From: Phaeosaccion multiseriatum
Lineage: Eukaryota; Protista; Ochrophyta, other classes
DNA: 64,000 bases
Direction: 5' to 3'
Assembly: GCA_965112735.1 (NCBI GenBank)
Contig: OZ218952.1
Span: forward strand, 248,001-312,000
Part shown: positions 39,239-52,288 of the stretch, in pieces
How the letters are laid out: the number at the start of each line of letters is the position of its first letter
Numbering within the stretch: position 1 is the stretch's first letter
Position numbers and translations under genes: made by a program
Notes under the pieces: generated by a model
What the model saw: only the letters and a program-made list of their open reading frames with translations
The model's database searches: none
What the model was told of the DNA's origin: nothing

Positions 39239-41255
39239 CTACCCCAGCGCGCGCTGTGCGGCGGTAAATCCTGTGAAGATGGCCGCGTTCACGGGAACTG
39301 CGCGTGCGAGGGAGGGGATGTACCCCTTGAAAAAGGTCTTAAAGCCGCCCTCTGCCATAGTCTTTTTGAAACAGTCCGCCACGCTCGAGAAGGCTCGCTT
39401 GGAGGGCTCGAGATGGTCGCCCTGTGGAGTGGTGCGGAGTGGTGATGTGTGGTGGTGGTGGTGTGTGTTGTGTGTTGTATTGTGTTGTGGTGTGGTGTGG
39501 TGTGGTGTGGTGTGGTGTGGTGTGGTGTGTGGTGGTCATGGGCAGACACGGAAAACGGGAAGAGACACGGGTCGAAAGGGAAATGAGAGGCATCGAGGCG
39601 GGCGGTGGGAAAGGTCAGTCAAGGGGAAATATGGGCGGAGCTACGCGCAGATAGAGAAACACACACACACACACACGGGGAGAGAGGGTAAGGAAGACTT
39701 CCCCGTTTCTGAAAGATCCTGAAAGGAGGCTCTCTCGGCAACGTTCCCATCCCCATCACCTCGTCACCTAAATGCCATTCGCACCCCCAGCCAGTCCATC
39801 GAAGCAGGGACATTACTCCGTCGCTCTTACAGCACGCCACAGGTAGGAAGGACACTTTGCAAACAGAAAGGACCCAAGACTGACTGACTCGCCAAGGGGC
39901 AATGAACACGCCACCGCAACACGTCCTACAACGCACTGCCACAAAAGCTTCAAGCCGGCGAAGAGACCGCTCTCCACAGTACCCAAACAAGCGACACCGC
40001 TTACATGGGAGAGGAGCGGGAGTCTCACAGCACACACTCACTTGCTACACTCACACCACCACACACTCGCTGAGCTCACACCACACGACCGAGACTGGCT
40101 CAGCTCAGCTCTCACCTGCATGCGTGTCTTGATGGTCTCTAATGGGTACCACACCCCCCAAAAGCCAAAGCCTGCCGCCCCTCCGGCCACAAAGCATGCT
40201 CCCAGAGAGGGCTGCTCCCCCTTCTTCGCGAGCGCCTTCTTGGTCCCTTCAAACGCTGCAAAGTACCCCCCAAAGCAGGGGACGTTCCGCAGCATGGTGG
40301 CTGCGAAGCCCTGGTAGATGCCCCTCACGCCCTGCCCCGCCCACACCTGCTTTCCACAGTCCAGCACGCCGGCGTACTGCCCCTTGCCCACCTGGGCCTG
40401 CAACTTGATCTTGAAGAGATCCACGGGCGCCTCCACAATGGTAATGGGGATGGCAGCCAATGACCCCGCGGCGTAGTGCTGCGGTACTGTGAGCTCCCCC
40501 CCCTTGCCCACGATCTTCTTGGCTTCATTGTGGCAGAAGAACACGCCTGCGTTGTGGGCCATGGCTCCCAACAGAGGCGAGGCGGCGCCTGCATACAAGC
40601 CGGCCACCCCTTCCTTAGCCACTGTCTTCCTAAACACATCCGCCATGCCCGTAAACTCGGGGTTGGTGGAGCTTTGCGTCTGAAGGCGCACTTTGATGGT
40701 GTCTAGTGGGTGTCCAGCAGCGACCTGGGGAGATGGGTTGTAGGGGGTAGGGGAAAGGGAAGAGAAGGGACGGACATCATCGGAGGGGTGGTGTGAGGAA
40801 AACCAACCGCAACAGCAGCAGCACCAGGAGGAGAAGGAGGAGGAGGAGGAGGAGGAGGAGAAGGACGATGAAGTCAGCTTGCGGGGGGAGAGAAAGAGGG
40901 GGGTAGAGGTGTGGTATGGCATAGTGGCGCATCGTATGGTGGGCCTTGGGTGTGACACGCTGCTCTCTGTGAGTTGAGAGAGGGGCTCGTCTCCCTTGCA
41001 AATACAAATCAAAGGGTGTGGGAGGAGCGGGTAGACGAAGTGCGTGGAGATGAAGAGGACTCAAAGCAGGAGAAGCACTTGTGGAGATGGGAGGTGTGGA
41101 GAAGGAAAGAAGAGGGGAGTGGAAGGGAGAGGAGGGAAAACGAAAAAAGGAGTGTGGAAGGAGAGAAGACGGGGACCCCTGACACGCACCTGAGCGAAGC
41201 CTGCAACTGTTCCAGATAGAATGGTTTTGACGGGAGATCCATCGCTGCCGCCCAT
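39239..41255 (-). CDS. Mitochondrial carrier (SLC25), carnitine/acylcarnitine / basic amino-acid carrier group (3 exons)
   Basis: Three PX[DE]XX[KR] motifs (HPLDTIKVRLQ, APVDLFKIKLQ, YPLETIKTRMQ) plus LRNVP and LARAVPVNAA. The last exon (39239-39421) reads GDHLEPSKR...AQRALG*. Confidence 0.93.
39440..39535. repeat. (GTGTG)n microsatellite at the 3' end of the last carrier intron (CACAC on the sense strand)
   Basis: Seen directly. Confidence 0.9.
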
Positions 41256-42108
41256 GGTGGCTCAGCTGCACACAACATGGCGAACAGCAGCAGCGCAGAG
41301 AGGGAGGGAGGGAGGGAGGGAGCGTCGAGAGTAAGGGGTACGTTGAGGCCTCGATATGGCGGGAAGGCTGCAATGGTCCAGGCATTTCCTTTGCTATTCC
41401 CTCCCTCCTCAGAAAAGCCCTTTCCGCGAGACACTCTCTTCGAATTACCTCCGCCCAAGGGCCACACACGATGAGCAGCACACCAGCAGATTGTTTGTGG
41501 AGGGTAGCTTTGCGTGTCTCCTCAGAGCAGGAGCCCTCACCGTCAAAGGCCCTGCGTTGAAAATTCGACAGCACTGCCCTCTCTACCCACCTAGTGTCGA
41601 AGAAGAAGGCGATGGAAGACGTTTGTCGTCCGTGGACCTGTGTGTGGTCTCCTCCAAAAATTCCTCTCGAAACGCGCTGACAGGCGAGTACAGGATGCCG
41701 CAGAGAGCCAAGCAGTAGAGTCGAGAAAGATGGGACCGATGCAGAGAAGCCAGGCCAGTGCGAGGGAGCGAAGGCTATTTAATGCTATTTTAATCAAAGG
41801 ATGGCAGGCAGGAGGGAGTGACGAAGCATGGAAAATTATGTCAGTGAATTTCAATTGGCCGCCCCCCAAAACCCGAGGGGGCAGTTTCGAGCGTGCGGGT
41901 CCGCGGGGTTCCGGGTTCGAGGGAACAAAATTCAATCCATAAAATAACATTTTCTTGTGGCCATCCCTCCATGCCAAGCACAAAAGACTGTGCGAAGAAA
42001 GACTTGCGCAGGAGACCAGGACGAGAAGAGTCTACCCCACTCTACGAGCTTCCTCCGCATGCCACCCCTTTCATCAACCCCCCTTCTCTGTCACCCTCTC
42101 TCGTTCCC

Positions 42109-44753
42109 TCATGCGCCCCCCCCCTCCTGCCCCCCAGGGCCCTGCACATCTACTTCAACGTCTACCCCCCCCCCCCTCCCTCCCCCGTCTGCCTCGCCCT
42201 GCGGCGCATCCAGGAACTGCGCCTCCAGCTCGTTGGTATAGTTTCTGGCGAGGGGCATGGGCAGGGGCAACCGAGGCATGTCAGACACCGCCCCCCCCAG
42301 CATACTCAGTATGCTTTCACCCGCCCCACCACCCCCCCCTCCCCCACCCTCTCCTCCTCCTCCTCCTCCTCCTCCTCCTCCTCCTCCTCCTCCTCCTCCT
42401 CCTCCTCCTTCTCCTCCCGCGGGCGACTGTAGATCCATCCCCCGATCGAAGGTCCCTCCGATAGACGAGATTGATCCCATGAGCAAATCCTGTTTGAGCT
42501 GCCGGAGTCCCCCCGCTGTAGTCCTGGTGTACACCTTGTCGATGCTGCTGTCGCCCTCTTCTCCATCTCTTCTCGGCAGCAGGATCTTTTCCAACTCGTC
42601 TTCCAGCTCCGCCACAGACATGGAGAAATCGGGCAGGCTCGCACTCCCCACCGAGTAAAAGGTCGCCGTATTACCGTCCTGCTTCATCTCCTCCCGATAG
42701 TACCCCACCAGCTTTTGCGAAGCGTCAAAGGCTGCGTAGTAAGGAATGTACGAGTCTCCCTCCGCCGCCCCCTCTGTCTTGATCGTAGTGAGCTGCTTGC
42801 CCGATATAAACCACACGGGCTTCTCCTCCTTCTGCTCCTGCGTCTGCAGCCAGAACTGAGAGCTCGGTGCCCTAACGCTAGGTGCGGGCTTGACGGGTAG
42901 GTGGAGGCCAGCTTCATAGGAGGACATTCGCCCCCTCTTGCGGGGCGGCTGCCTGGCCGTGCTACTGAGGGGTTGATGGTGGTGGTGGGGCGGAGGAGAG
43001 GGGGGGGCCCTTCTCATTCTCATGCTGCTCCCGGTTTCGGTCCCGTTCCCCATCCCCACGCCACCACCAGCACCTACGCCGCTGAACCCTCCTTCGCTGA
43101 GATTGGTGAGCAGAGTGGAGAGCACAGGGTGCACCACGGAAGTGTAGGTATTGAGCAGCTGCGCGTGGACGCAGCCTTGTCGGTGCGGGGTGTCGGGAGA
43201 GATGCTGTCCCGGTACTGGCGACAAGACGGACACCGCAGGATCGGGGCCCCCACCATTCCTCCTCCTCTCCGCTCGAGGTGGTCCCCGTAGTCACCCTCC
43301 CTACCCACCATGAGCCATTGGCTGCCATCCAGGTACTGCGCCACCTGCCCCACCCAGCTCATGACCTGGGGCATGGGCTGCATGGCATGTGGCGGGGCTT
43401 GTAAAGACGCGGCTTGAGCAGCTGCCGCCTCAGCAATCACCGAGGTGGGCCCCAATCTCATCCCCGTAGACCCGCTCCCCCCGCCACCTCCTCCTCCTCC
43501 TCCTCCTCCTCCTCCTCCTCCTCCTCCTCCTGATTGTGGCAGGCGTCGCTTGCCCACCCCTGCCCCGTCTCCCCCAGGAGGGGTCGGCAACGCGGCCGTC
43601 GCGTTGCTATGCCCGCTGCCGCTGCTTACACTTCCCATGCTACCCGCTCTAGCTCTGGTGCTTGCTCCAGGCCCACTCCTGCCGCCACCACTGCTACTGG
43701 AGGCGCAGCTCGCAGAGGAGCGCGCCCCCCTCCCTTGCCTCTCCTTGTCCTTCTCCTTGTCCTTGTGCTTGCGCTTGGACAAAATAGTAATGGGGCCTGT
43801 CACAGCGGGGGCGATGAACCCCAACGAAGGGTCCTCAGAGGCGTCTGGAGCGATGCGGAGGGCGAACCTGTTACCGCAGTGGTTCTTTGACACCTCCTCG
43901 ATCCGGAATCGGATTGTAGCATTGCCGGTGGGGTCCGTGCAGAGCCCATTGTCTGCATGGACGGTCAATATGTCCTGCTGGTAGGGTTCTGTGCCATTCT
44001 GTGGTTGTGTGTGGGTGCGTGCGAGGGGGTGGGGGGGAGATATGGGAGAGGGGGCACAGAGAAGAGTATGAGATGCGAAGTCGGAAGGTACATTGGTCGG
44101 GTTGGTAGGTAGGTGCCACACGAATGACATGGGCGCCATAAGAAGGCCCGTGCAACATTAAGTGGGTGTGGTTGGTCACCCACCTCGTAGAGCAGGCTGA
44201 CGGAGAGAGGGACCTCCATGGCCTCTGCCTGGCCCAGGACCTCGTCGTAGACGCTGAGCTGTGCCTCCATGCATTTGGACTTGCCCCCCTCGTCCTTGTA
44301 GAACTGCTCGGGCGGCTGAGAGAGGAGCTGCAGGCGGTGGCGGTACAACACGAAAGGGCTGGACGCACCCTCCACAGCTGGCTCGTAGCCTCCCGACGAG
44401 CGCGAGGACGATGGGGGCGGCGGGCTGGTCACCTTCACCTTCAGACTCGCGCCCTTGATGCTGGTGGCTGCCTCCCGTATGAGAAGGGTAAACTTGCAAA
44501 CCCCGTCCTCCATCTCCACCACCCCGTTGGCCCCCCGCGAGGGGCTCACCACGATCCCGATCTGGCTCGTTGCGCACACGGTGGCCGACTCCTCCTCGTC
44601 CGCGCCATCCACCGCCCACACCTGCAGCGACATACTCTCAGGCTGGATCGTTCCCCCCTTTTCAAGAGTCACCTCCACCGGGAATCGCCTGTCCCGAAGC
44701 ATTTCCTGATCACCCATCTGCACCTTCAAGCTGCATCCTTTAAGCTCTGCCAT
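42109..44753 (-). CDS. Putative transcription factor with a CudA/STAT-like Ig-fold DNA-binding domain and a CxxC...HxxxC zinc-binding motif (exons 44184-44753, 42109-43998; ~819 aa)
   Basis: FYKDEGGKSKC...VPLSVSLLYE|NG...ATIRFRIEEVSKNHCGNRFALRIAP...PAVTGPITILSKRKHK, followed by an NLS-like basic patch. A later segment reads RCPSC...HRQGC. The gene structure is solid; the family call is from motif memory. Confidence 0.7.
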
Positions 44754-45061
44754 GCTTTTTCCTTTACTTTCTCTTCTTTCTGATGCTGCAATCACTAACT
44801 GCTCTGTTGGGCGGGTCAAATGCCTTACTTCGCCTTTACGAGTACGTTTTCTTCCGTCTCCTTGTCTTTTGCCGCCCTCTTTATGGGAGCCCCTTTTGCC
44901 CCGCCCCCCCCCCCCTCTCTCTGTTCCCCCTTGTCGAAATTGATGATCCAATCCCAAATCCCCTTACGACAAGGAGAGTTCTATGGAGACCTTTCACAGG
45001 CTGGCGAAAGTGGATACCCACACACAGCACAAGGCTGAGGCCTCCGAGGGAAGAAGACAAC

Positions 45062-46280
45062 ATGGTTTTGAGTGCTCTTGTGCGAAGTAGCAGAGGGCCT
45101 TTTGGTGCTCTGTGCCGTGCGGGGCAAGGAGCGTGCAGAGGTGAGGCGATTAGCGAAGGAGGTGTGGGGAAGAGGAAGGAGGGAAAAGGTGACACACACA
45201 ATCTCATTCTTCTCTCCCTTTCTGGATCCGCTGCCGCTGAGTCAAGCGAGCCACCACTCGGGTCCCTATTGCTGCCTCAAGCTGCCCCTCACTTTCATCC
45301 CCCCCCATCCCTTACCCCCCCTTTCCTACTGTGCGGACACTAGCTTATGGGCGGCCTCTGACGGCAAGGACGATGATGTCAACGCGAGATGTGAAGCCCG
45401 AGCAGCCCGAACCACCGAGGATGCAGGGGCATGAGGCCCTCATGTACGTCTCGCGCAAGAAGAAGAATCAGAATGCCGCCACCGCTGCCGGCCTCGTCGG
45501 CATCGTGTTGGGGATCTTCTTCTATACCATGTACAGGATGAAGGAGGGGGTAAGTCAGATGTGGCATGGGGAGGAGGGAGGGAGGTACACCTAGGTGTAG
45601 ACACCTGTTTTTCACTTGCTCTGTTATCTCCCATCCCTCTCTTTTCAACACGTGCATGCTTTTTAATCCTCCACCTGTACCAGAGCGAGATGGACGCGAT
45701 GGAGAAGGAGCTGGAGGAAGAGGCGAAGGTCAACCTGCACAAGAGCGGCCTCAAGGTCGGTGCGGCTCGGTGCGGTGTACGTGCATGGGATGGGGTGTGC
45801 AGTGCATCAGCCCCCCTTTCTTGTTGGGCATTGATGCAACACTGGGTAGTCAGGGTTGGGTTCTAGTGGGACCCTTCTCGGACAGCGTGGAGGGCGCTCT
45901 TGTGCTTTATGTATGTCGGCAGATGTACCCTTCCGTAGCCGCGGTGAGGGGATGAGAGGCCTAGGGCTCGCCTGACGGACTCCTGTGGTGGCGGGAAGCA
46001 AGCCTCTCCAAGAGAGGGGGGGGGAAGCGACCGTGGTGGAAGAGGAGATGCTCTGTGGTTTCCTTCTGATTTTTTTTTGAGAGGAGTCAGGCCAGCAACC
46101 TACCCCCTTCATTCGCGCCCCCCCTTGGAGCTTTGGAGGCTGACACTTGCGCATCTCTCCCTCTCGCTCTGTGTTATGTCTTTCTCTTGCTCTCGCTCTC
46201 TCTCTCTCTCTGTGTGTATGTGTGTCCCTGTTTGTCTTTCTCTCTCGTCGATGCAGATATCAGACAACAAGAAGAATTGA
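45062..46280 (+). CDS. COA3: Small mitochondrial inner-membrane protein, COA3/CCDC56-like (4 exons)
   Basis: Arg-rich presequence MVLSALVRSSRGPFGALCR; KKKNQNAATAAGLVGIVLGIFFYTMYRMKEG; short coiled coil SEMDAMEKELEEEAK; final exon ISDNKKN*. Confidence 0.7.
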
Positions 46281-46743
46281 TGGAATGGCTTCTCAAGGGA
46301 AGGAAGGGGCTTTGATGAAGGAGGATGTACATAGAGGCGATTTACTGGGAATTGTCCCACGCCAGAGAAGAAGGGAGACATGATGTGGAGGCGGAGAGGC
46401 GGGGAGACCTCGAGGCCTCGGAGGCTGTGGCGGGAAGCGAACGATGGCTCGCTTACCACCCCCTCCCTCAACTGAAAGTCGCACCTGGCTGTGCAGGAGG
46501 AGAGAGAGAGAGAGAGGCCGCTGTAGCCCGAGAACGGCGGCCGCTGACGAATGGAGGAGCGAGATTGTCATCAGCGTGCCTCCTAGCGTTGGTGGTTTAC
46601 TGCCACCCCTCGCGTTTGCTCGTCTTCTCACTCACTCACTCCTTCGTCTTCCAGAAAGATGAATAAATAAAAGTTCATGTATGATTTTTACACTCGACAC
46701 TCTGTTCCGCCGCCCTGCTTGGTGCCGCAAAAGCTTTTGTCCG

Positions 46744-47129
46744 TCAAGTCCACACGCTCCTCCCGCTGGAGCTGCTTCTTCCCGCCCCCCCGCCACTGCG
46801 CCCCTGCTCCACTGACATACTCAGCAGCCCTAAGCCGTCTGATGGCGAAGCAGCCACCACTGCATGATGAGGGCGTTGATGTGAATGGTCCAGCGCGTCG
46901 GCAGCAGCAGCAGCTCTGGGAGAGGGAGGAGACACAGGCGCCCCCCCGGCCTTGGTGTCCCACACCCTTGTCCTCGGCCACTCAAACACCCTGCGCTGCA
47001 GGTGGTCGTTGAGAAGGTCCTTGCGAGTGATCATCCCCACGACCTGGTGGTGCCCGATGAATGGATGGAGAGAGGGGGAGAGAGGTTGTCACGGCACACA
47101 CGCACACACACGCACACACACACAGACAC

Positions 47130-47168
<39 letters not shown>

Positions 47169-50100
47169 GGGTGTCAGGCCAGAGAGAGCATGTCCGAGGG
47201 GGTGGGTCTCAGGACAGAGGGTGTCAGGACAGAGAGATAGAGAGCATGTCAGGACACACAGAGAGAGAGAGAGAGTGTGTGAGCATGCCCGAGGGTATCA
47301 GGACAGAGGGTGTGAGGACAGAGGTTGTCAGGAGAGAGAGAGAGGGAATCATATAAAAGGAGTGGGTGTCATGACACACCTGGTTGTGGTGATTAACCAC
47401 ACAGAGATGCCGCAATCCCATCGTACGGAAAAGACGGTAAGTGCGGATGACACTTGCTGACTCGTTAATGACATAGGGGGCGGTGTTGACGTAGGGCCGC
47501 AAGTCGATCCAGCACTGACGGTCTTCGTGCGCGATGTCGAGGTCTTGAATGTTGGGGTAGCGTGGGTACATCTGTGCGCAGGAGCAGGGGCATGCAGCAG
47601 CGGCAGGGGCGGCAGTGGGAGGAAGGAAGGAAGGAAGGAAGGAGGGAGTGGGAGGCGGACAGATCGCAAAGCGGTTTGGCGGAGAACGAGGTGGCGCGGG
47701 CGGGGTGAAGAGAGAGGGGGACGAGGAGTTTTACGCCTCGCTCGCTCGCTCCCTCCCTTCCCCTTCTCTTCTCCTTCTCTTACCCATGCATGCCTGAAGG
47801 ACGGGTGGATAGCAAGACCGACACCCGACCCACTCACCTTCTCGAGTGCTCCGTAACTGATGAGCGGGCTCACTCTCCTCTGCGAGTGCGTGTCTGCATT
47901 TGGCGACGCAAAAGCCCTCTTCTGGATGAGTACTGTTATCACCTTACGAAGTACGCTGCCCACGAGCACCCCTCCAGCCTCCATGTCCACCACAGGGAAG
48001 CAACCGTGCTTAAGGGGGGGATGGGGACAGGCAGTGGAGGGGGAGAGGGGGGAGAGGAGGGGAGGGGATGGGACAGAGCGGAGGACAGACAAAAGGGCTT
48101 CGTTGGTAAGCTTCCGAGGAAGGAAGGAAAGAAGGAAGGAAAGAAGGGAGGGAAACATGGGGTAAGACGGGGGCAAGAGAGAGCGAGGGAGGATACAACG
48201 AGAGGCAGGCAGGGAAAGAGAGGATATACGGGAATAGGCAAAGGAAGAAAGAAAGGAAGTGAAAGAGGGAAGGCATTATGTAACCACACGTAAAAGTAAC
48301 GGTACGTACGTCGGTATTCCGGAGCATGTCGTACACAAAGCCCACCCTCTCGATGGGGCGAAGGCACTTGATGTTCCGGCTCATGGCCTGGCTCGCCGTC
48401 ATGTCACAGCGACGAACCAACACGGGCGCGTCCTCCTCCAGGAAAGGAAGTTTCTTGAGGTGTATGTGTATGTCATAAAGGCCCTCGTTGAACACGTTCC
48501 CCACCCAGCGGGCAGTCATGACGGTGAGCATAAGCGGCAGGACATACTGCATGTTGCCAGTCGCTTCGAGGAGGATAACCGTCAGGCTGATGGTCATCCT
48601 ATGCAGGGAAGGGGGAGGCGAAGTGAAGGAGAACGTGTGTGTATGTGAAAGAGAGAGAGAGAGTCCTTGGGACGCGCTTGCTCCGTAAGAGATCTTCCTT
48701 CCCTCCGGATAACAATGTGTGGTGTATATCCTCTCTCACGCCTCTCTCTCTCTCTCTCTCTCACGCCGCTGCGTGCGTACATACCTTGCCATCCCTCCCA
48801 ACGCAGCCGCCGCTCCGATGAGTGCGTAAGTGCCCGAGTCAGCAAAGTGACCGTTAGTGTCATCGAGCTTGTGCAACAAATGACCACACAGACGCCCGAA
48901 GGCCGCCCCGGAGAGCAGGCTCGGCACAAACAGACCCGAGGGCACTGCAATGCCATATGTGAGCATTGCCATAAATGTATAGGGCACGAAGAAGAGGAAG
49001 AGCGCTCCTGAGGAGAAGGTGAGTTCGTCTCGTTCGCCGGACTCGCGGTAGTGGAAGAGCTGGCGGATGGCGGTGTCTGCGTCCGTGAAAAATAGGCTTG
49101 CAACTTCGTTGTACTCCGTCTGGTAGTGTGAGCAGAGGAGGGGGAGGGGAGGAGAGGAGAGAAGGGAGGGGAGAGGAGAAGAGAGAAGGAGAGAAAGGGC
49201 GTGGAGGGGACGGGATGGGAAGGGAGGAGAGAGGAAAGGAGAGAAGGGGAGATGAGAGAGAAAAGGGAGAGGAGAGGAGAGAAGGGGGGGGAGGAAGAGA
49301 GAAGAGGAGACAGGAGCCAGAGAGGAGGTGAGGGGATAGAGAAGGGGACAGGAGAGGAGAGCGGGAGATGAGGATAGAGAAACAGAGTATTGCGCACGGG
49401 GCGGGAGAAGTAGATGACCGATGTCCACTCCTCATATGTCCAATTCCCTTCCCTCTCCCGCTTCAAAGTGAACATACACACCAACCTGATCCAATCAATA
49501 CCAATACACTCAACACACACGGCACCACCGTACCCACCAACCTGAGGATCGCAATTGAAGCTGACAAGCTCGTCCACCAGCGTCTTTTCCTGCTCGCTCC
49601 AGTCCTCCATATTCACAGGCTTGGGTGTGCACTGCCCCCACAACACAGGCATGGCGAAGGACACAAAACTCATGAGAAAGGCCACCCCCAGTGCCTCGAC
49701 GAAGCGCGCCAAGATGCCCCTGGCCCTCCGTTGCCGCCAGCGCGTAAGTCTCTCGTTGAGGAAGTTAAAGCAGGCTCCAATGAGACCCCCCATGCAACCA
49801 AGGAGGATGAACAGCCACAGCTCCCATACGCTGTAGTTACCGTGGCCGGAGTTGTACTCGGTAAACTCCCCGAAAGAAAACATTTTGCTCAGCTCCTGCT
49901 GGCCCCAGAGGTTGGCGCTGTTTTTGACTGCGTACAGCGTAAAGACCGTGGTCATGGCACAAAAGAAAGCCCTCCAAGTGAGCTTGGTGTTCCAGAACGA
50001 AGCGCCCTCCTCAAGTGCAAAGAGCACCCCCCCGATGGGCGCTCCGAAGGCGGCCGCCACCCCCGCTGAGGCACCACACGCCACAAAGTCGCGCTTTTCG

Positions 50101-52073
50101 TGGTCGTTGCGAAAGTCCTGCGTGGGTGCGTGAGTGAGAGTGTGTTTGGGTGGGAGGGATGGATGACTCTTTGGTTGCTGGTGCTACTAGTACCGGTACT
50201 ACTGCCGGCACCGACCACAACTCACCATCACTCCTGCTCTAGAAGTGACCGTAGCTTACGCACCTGAAACTTAGAGAATGACGTGTCAAATCCCCACACA
50301 TTGCTCTTTCCCTGCGAGATGCCCGCCGCCAGCACGGCCCCACTGTGCACCATGGGTCCCTCCTTGCCTGCTGGCAGTCCCCCCGCCACGCTGAACATGA
50401 CACCAAGTACTTTGCACACGAGGGTCTTGACGCGCACCACACGAGGGAGGTTGATGCCGTTTAGGAAACATTTGATCTCCGGGATGCCGGAGCTGCTCTC
50501 GAGGTGGTACGGAAAGGTAAGCAGTGCATACAGTCATACATACACAACAGAAGAGGGAGGCGGAGGAGGAGATCAGAGGCGGAGGCTGAGACGGGGGAGA
50601 AAGAGAGGGGTCGTAGGGCAATCTCGAACTTTGCAATTCACTGGGCATGTTTCGCATTCCTTCTGCCGACAGCCGTGCGAGTTGTCGGCCGGTCCCACCC
50701 TCCCCAATTGTTCCTCATCTTCCACGCTTCGCCTCCAACGTCCTCCCTAATCATTCCGAATCTTCGATTCAATTGCTCTACTTATAAAGCAAAGGACTCA
50801 TGATCCGATTCCCACCACAATGACGCCCTCAGCGGCCTGAAACACAGACAGAGAGCACCCCATCCATCCATCCATCCATCCACTGCCATCCATCCATCCA
50901 CCCATCCATCCATCCATCCATCCACCATCCATCCATCCATCCATCCATCCATCCTTCCACCCATCCATCCATCCATCCTTCCACCCAGCAGTGACCGCTG
51001 ACTTACCCTGCCGCCATGGGCTCGAGCGACACCATGCTATTGGCAATCATCACGTAACCGCAGCTGAAGGCCGCGTATACCACGAAGGCTTGCCAGCACG
51101 GGCCGAGGTCTCGCACCATCCCGTAGCAGACGCTGAACTGAAGTAAGAGGGGCAAATGAGTGCGGCGGGGAGGAGTTGAGAAGGACAAAGAAGGGCGGGC
51201 GGGGAGGGGGATGAAAGGGGTAAAGGAGGGCAGGCGGGGAGGGGGATGAAAGGCACAAAGGAGGGCGGGTGGGGAGGGGGATGAAAGGGAAAAGGAGGGC
51301 GGGCGGGGGGGGGCGATGAGCTGGGCGGGCACGTGTAGTGAACGAGTGGACGGGATATGCGTAGGGCTGGGATGAAGAGTTGGGACAGCTGCCGCTACCG
51401 GCTTCGTGAGCACACTACCCTTGAAGCAGCCTTCCCTCCACTCTCTCTCTTTCTCTCTCCCTCTCTCTCTCTCCATATGTATCTCTCTCTCTTTCAGAGA
51501 GGCGCTTGCCCACCGCACCTTGATGGCCGTGAGACTCGAGGTGCAGAAGGTCACAAAGATGGCGATGAGGCCGGTGAGCACCCCCACAATGAAAGTCATG
51601 ACCCAGCGCTTGGCCGACCTCATCTTGTTGGACGTCCACCACCGGCCCCGGTCCATAAAGTTGCGCTGCTGCTGGTACGTCCTCCAATTCTCGCTCTCAT
51701 TGGGCTCATAGTTGAGCGAGTCCGCCATATTAAGTTCCTGCTCCTGCTGCTGCTGCTGCTGGCGGCGGCGGTGAATGCCGTTCTGGTTGTCGGTCCATGG
51801 GTACTGCACGTCGGCCTCATCACCCCGCCACTCGTCGTCAGAGGCTTCTCCCCCCACCAGGGACTGATACACACCATCCGTACCCTCTCCCCCCGGCACT
51901 GCGCCCCTCTTACTGCTGCCCTTCATGCTTGCACCGTGTACTTGTCCCCGTTCCGCATCTCCTCTCCCCTTCTCTCCTCCTCGCCGTGGCAAAGGCCCAG
52001 CGGCTTCGCTTGGCTCTGCTGGCCCTCCAACTTTCGGCAGGCACAATTGGACACCCCCTTCCTCCTCCTCCAT
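46744..52073 (-). CDS. CLCN7: CLC family Cl-/H+ antiporter, CLC-6/7 type with two CBS domains (multi-exon)
   Basis: [13 protein letters not shown] (across a splice junction), [10 protein letters not shown] (gating Glu), [11 protein letters not shown] (proton Glu), [39 protein letters not shown]. Confidence 0.95.
50859..50985. repeat. (CCAT)n microsatellite in a CLC intron
   Basis: Seen directly. Confidence 0.93.
51185..51320. repeat. ~36-bp G-rich minisatellite x4 (AAGGAGGGCGGG..GGGAGGGGGATGAAAGG) in CLC intron 1
   Basis: Four imperfect copies seen directly. Confidence 0.8.
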
Positions 52074-52288
52074 AGGGAAAGCAGCGGCCTAAGTCATCGC
52101 TGGAGGCGAGCAGGCAGCGATTATCATTGAGAAGAAAGTGAGGGAGAGCGGTGCGAGTAAGTCAGGGGCCCAACCGTAAGCGGACGGTTGGTGCCACTGA
52201 GGGCGGATCCTTCTTGGGATGATTCTTAAAAAGGATACCCCACTCCTCGGTTCGCCGCGCAGCTGTGCGAGAGGAATCTTTCTCAGCA

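Noticed and set aside
39619-40041. Apparent MYND-like zinc finger (CCETPAPLPCKRCRLFGYCG)
   Set aside because: It lies wholly inside the last intron of the mitochondrial carrier. The Cys richness comes from TG-rich sequence and the rest of the motif is absent.
41895-41930. GGTTCGA (T-loop-like) suggesting a tRNA
   Set aside because: No T-stem pairing, D-arm or acceptor stem can be built.
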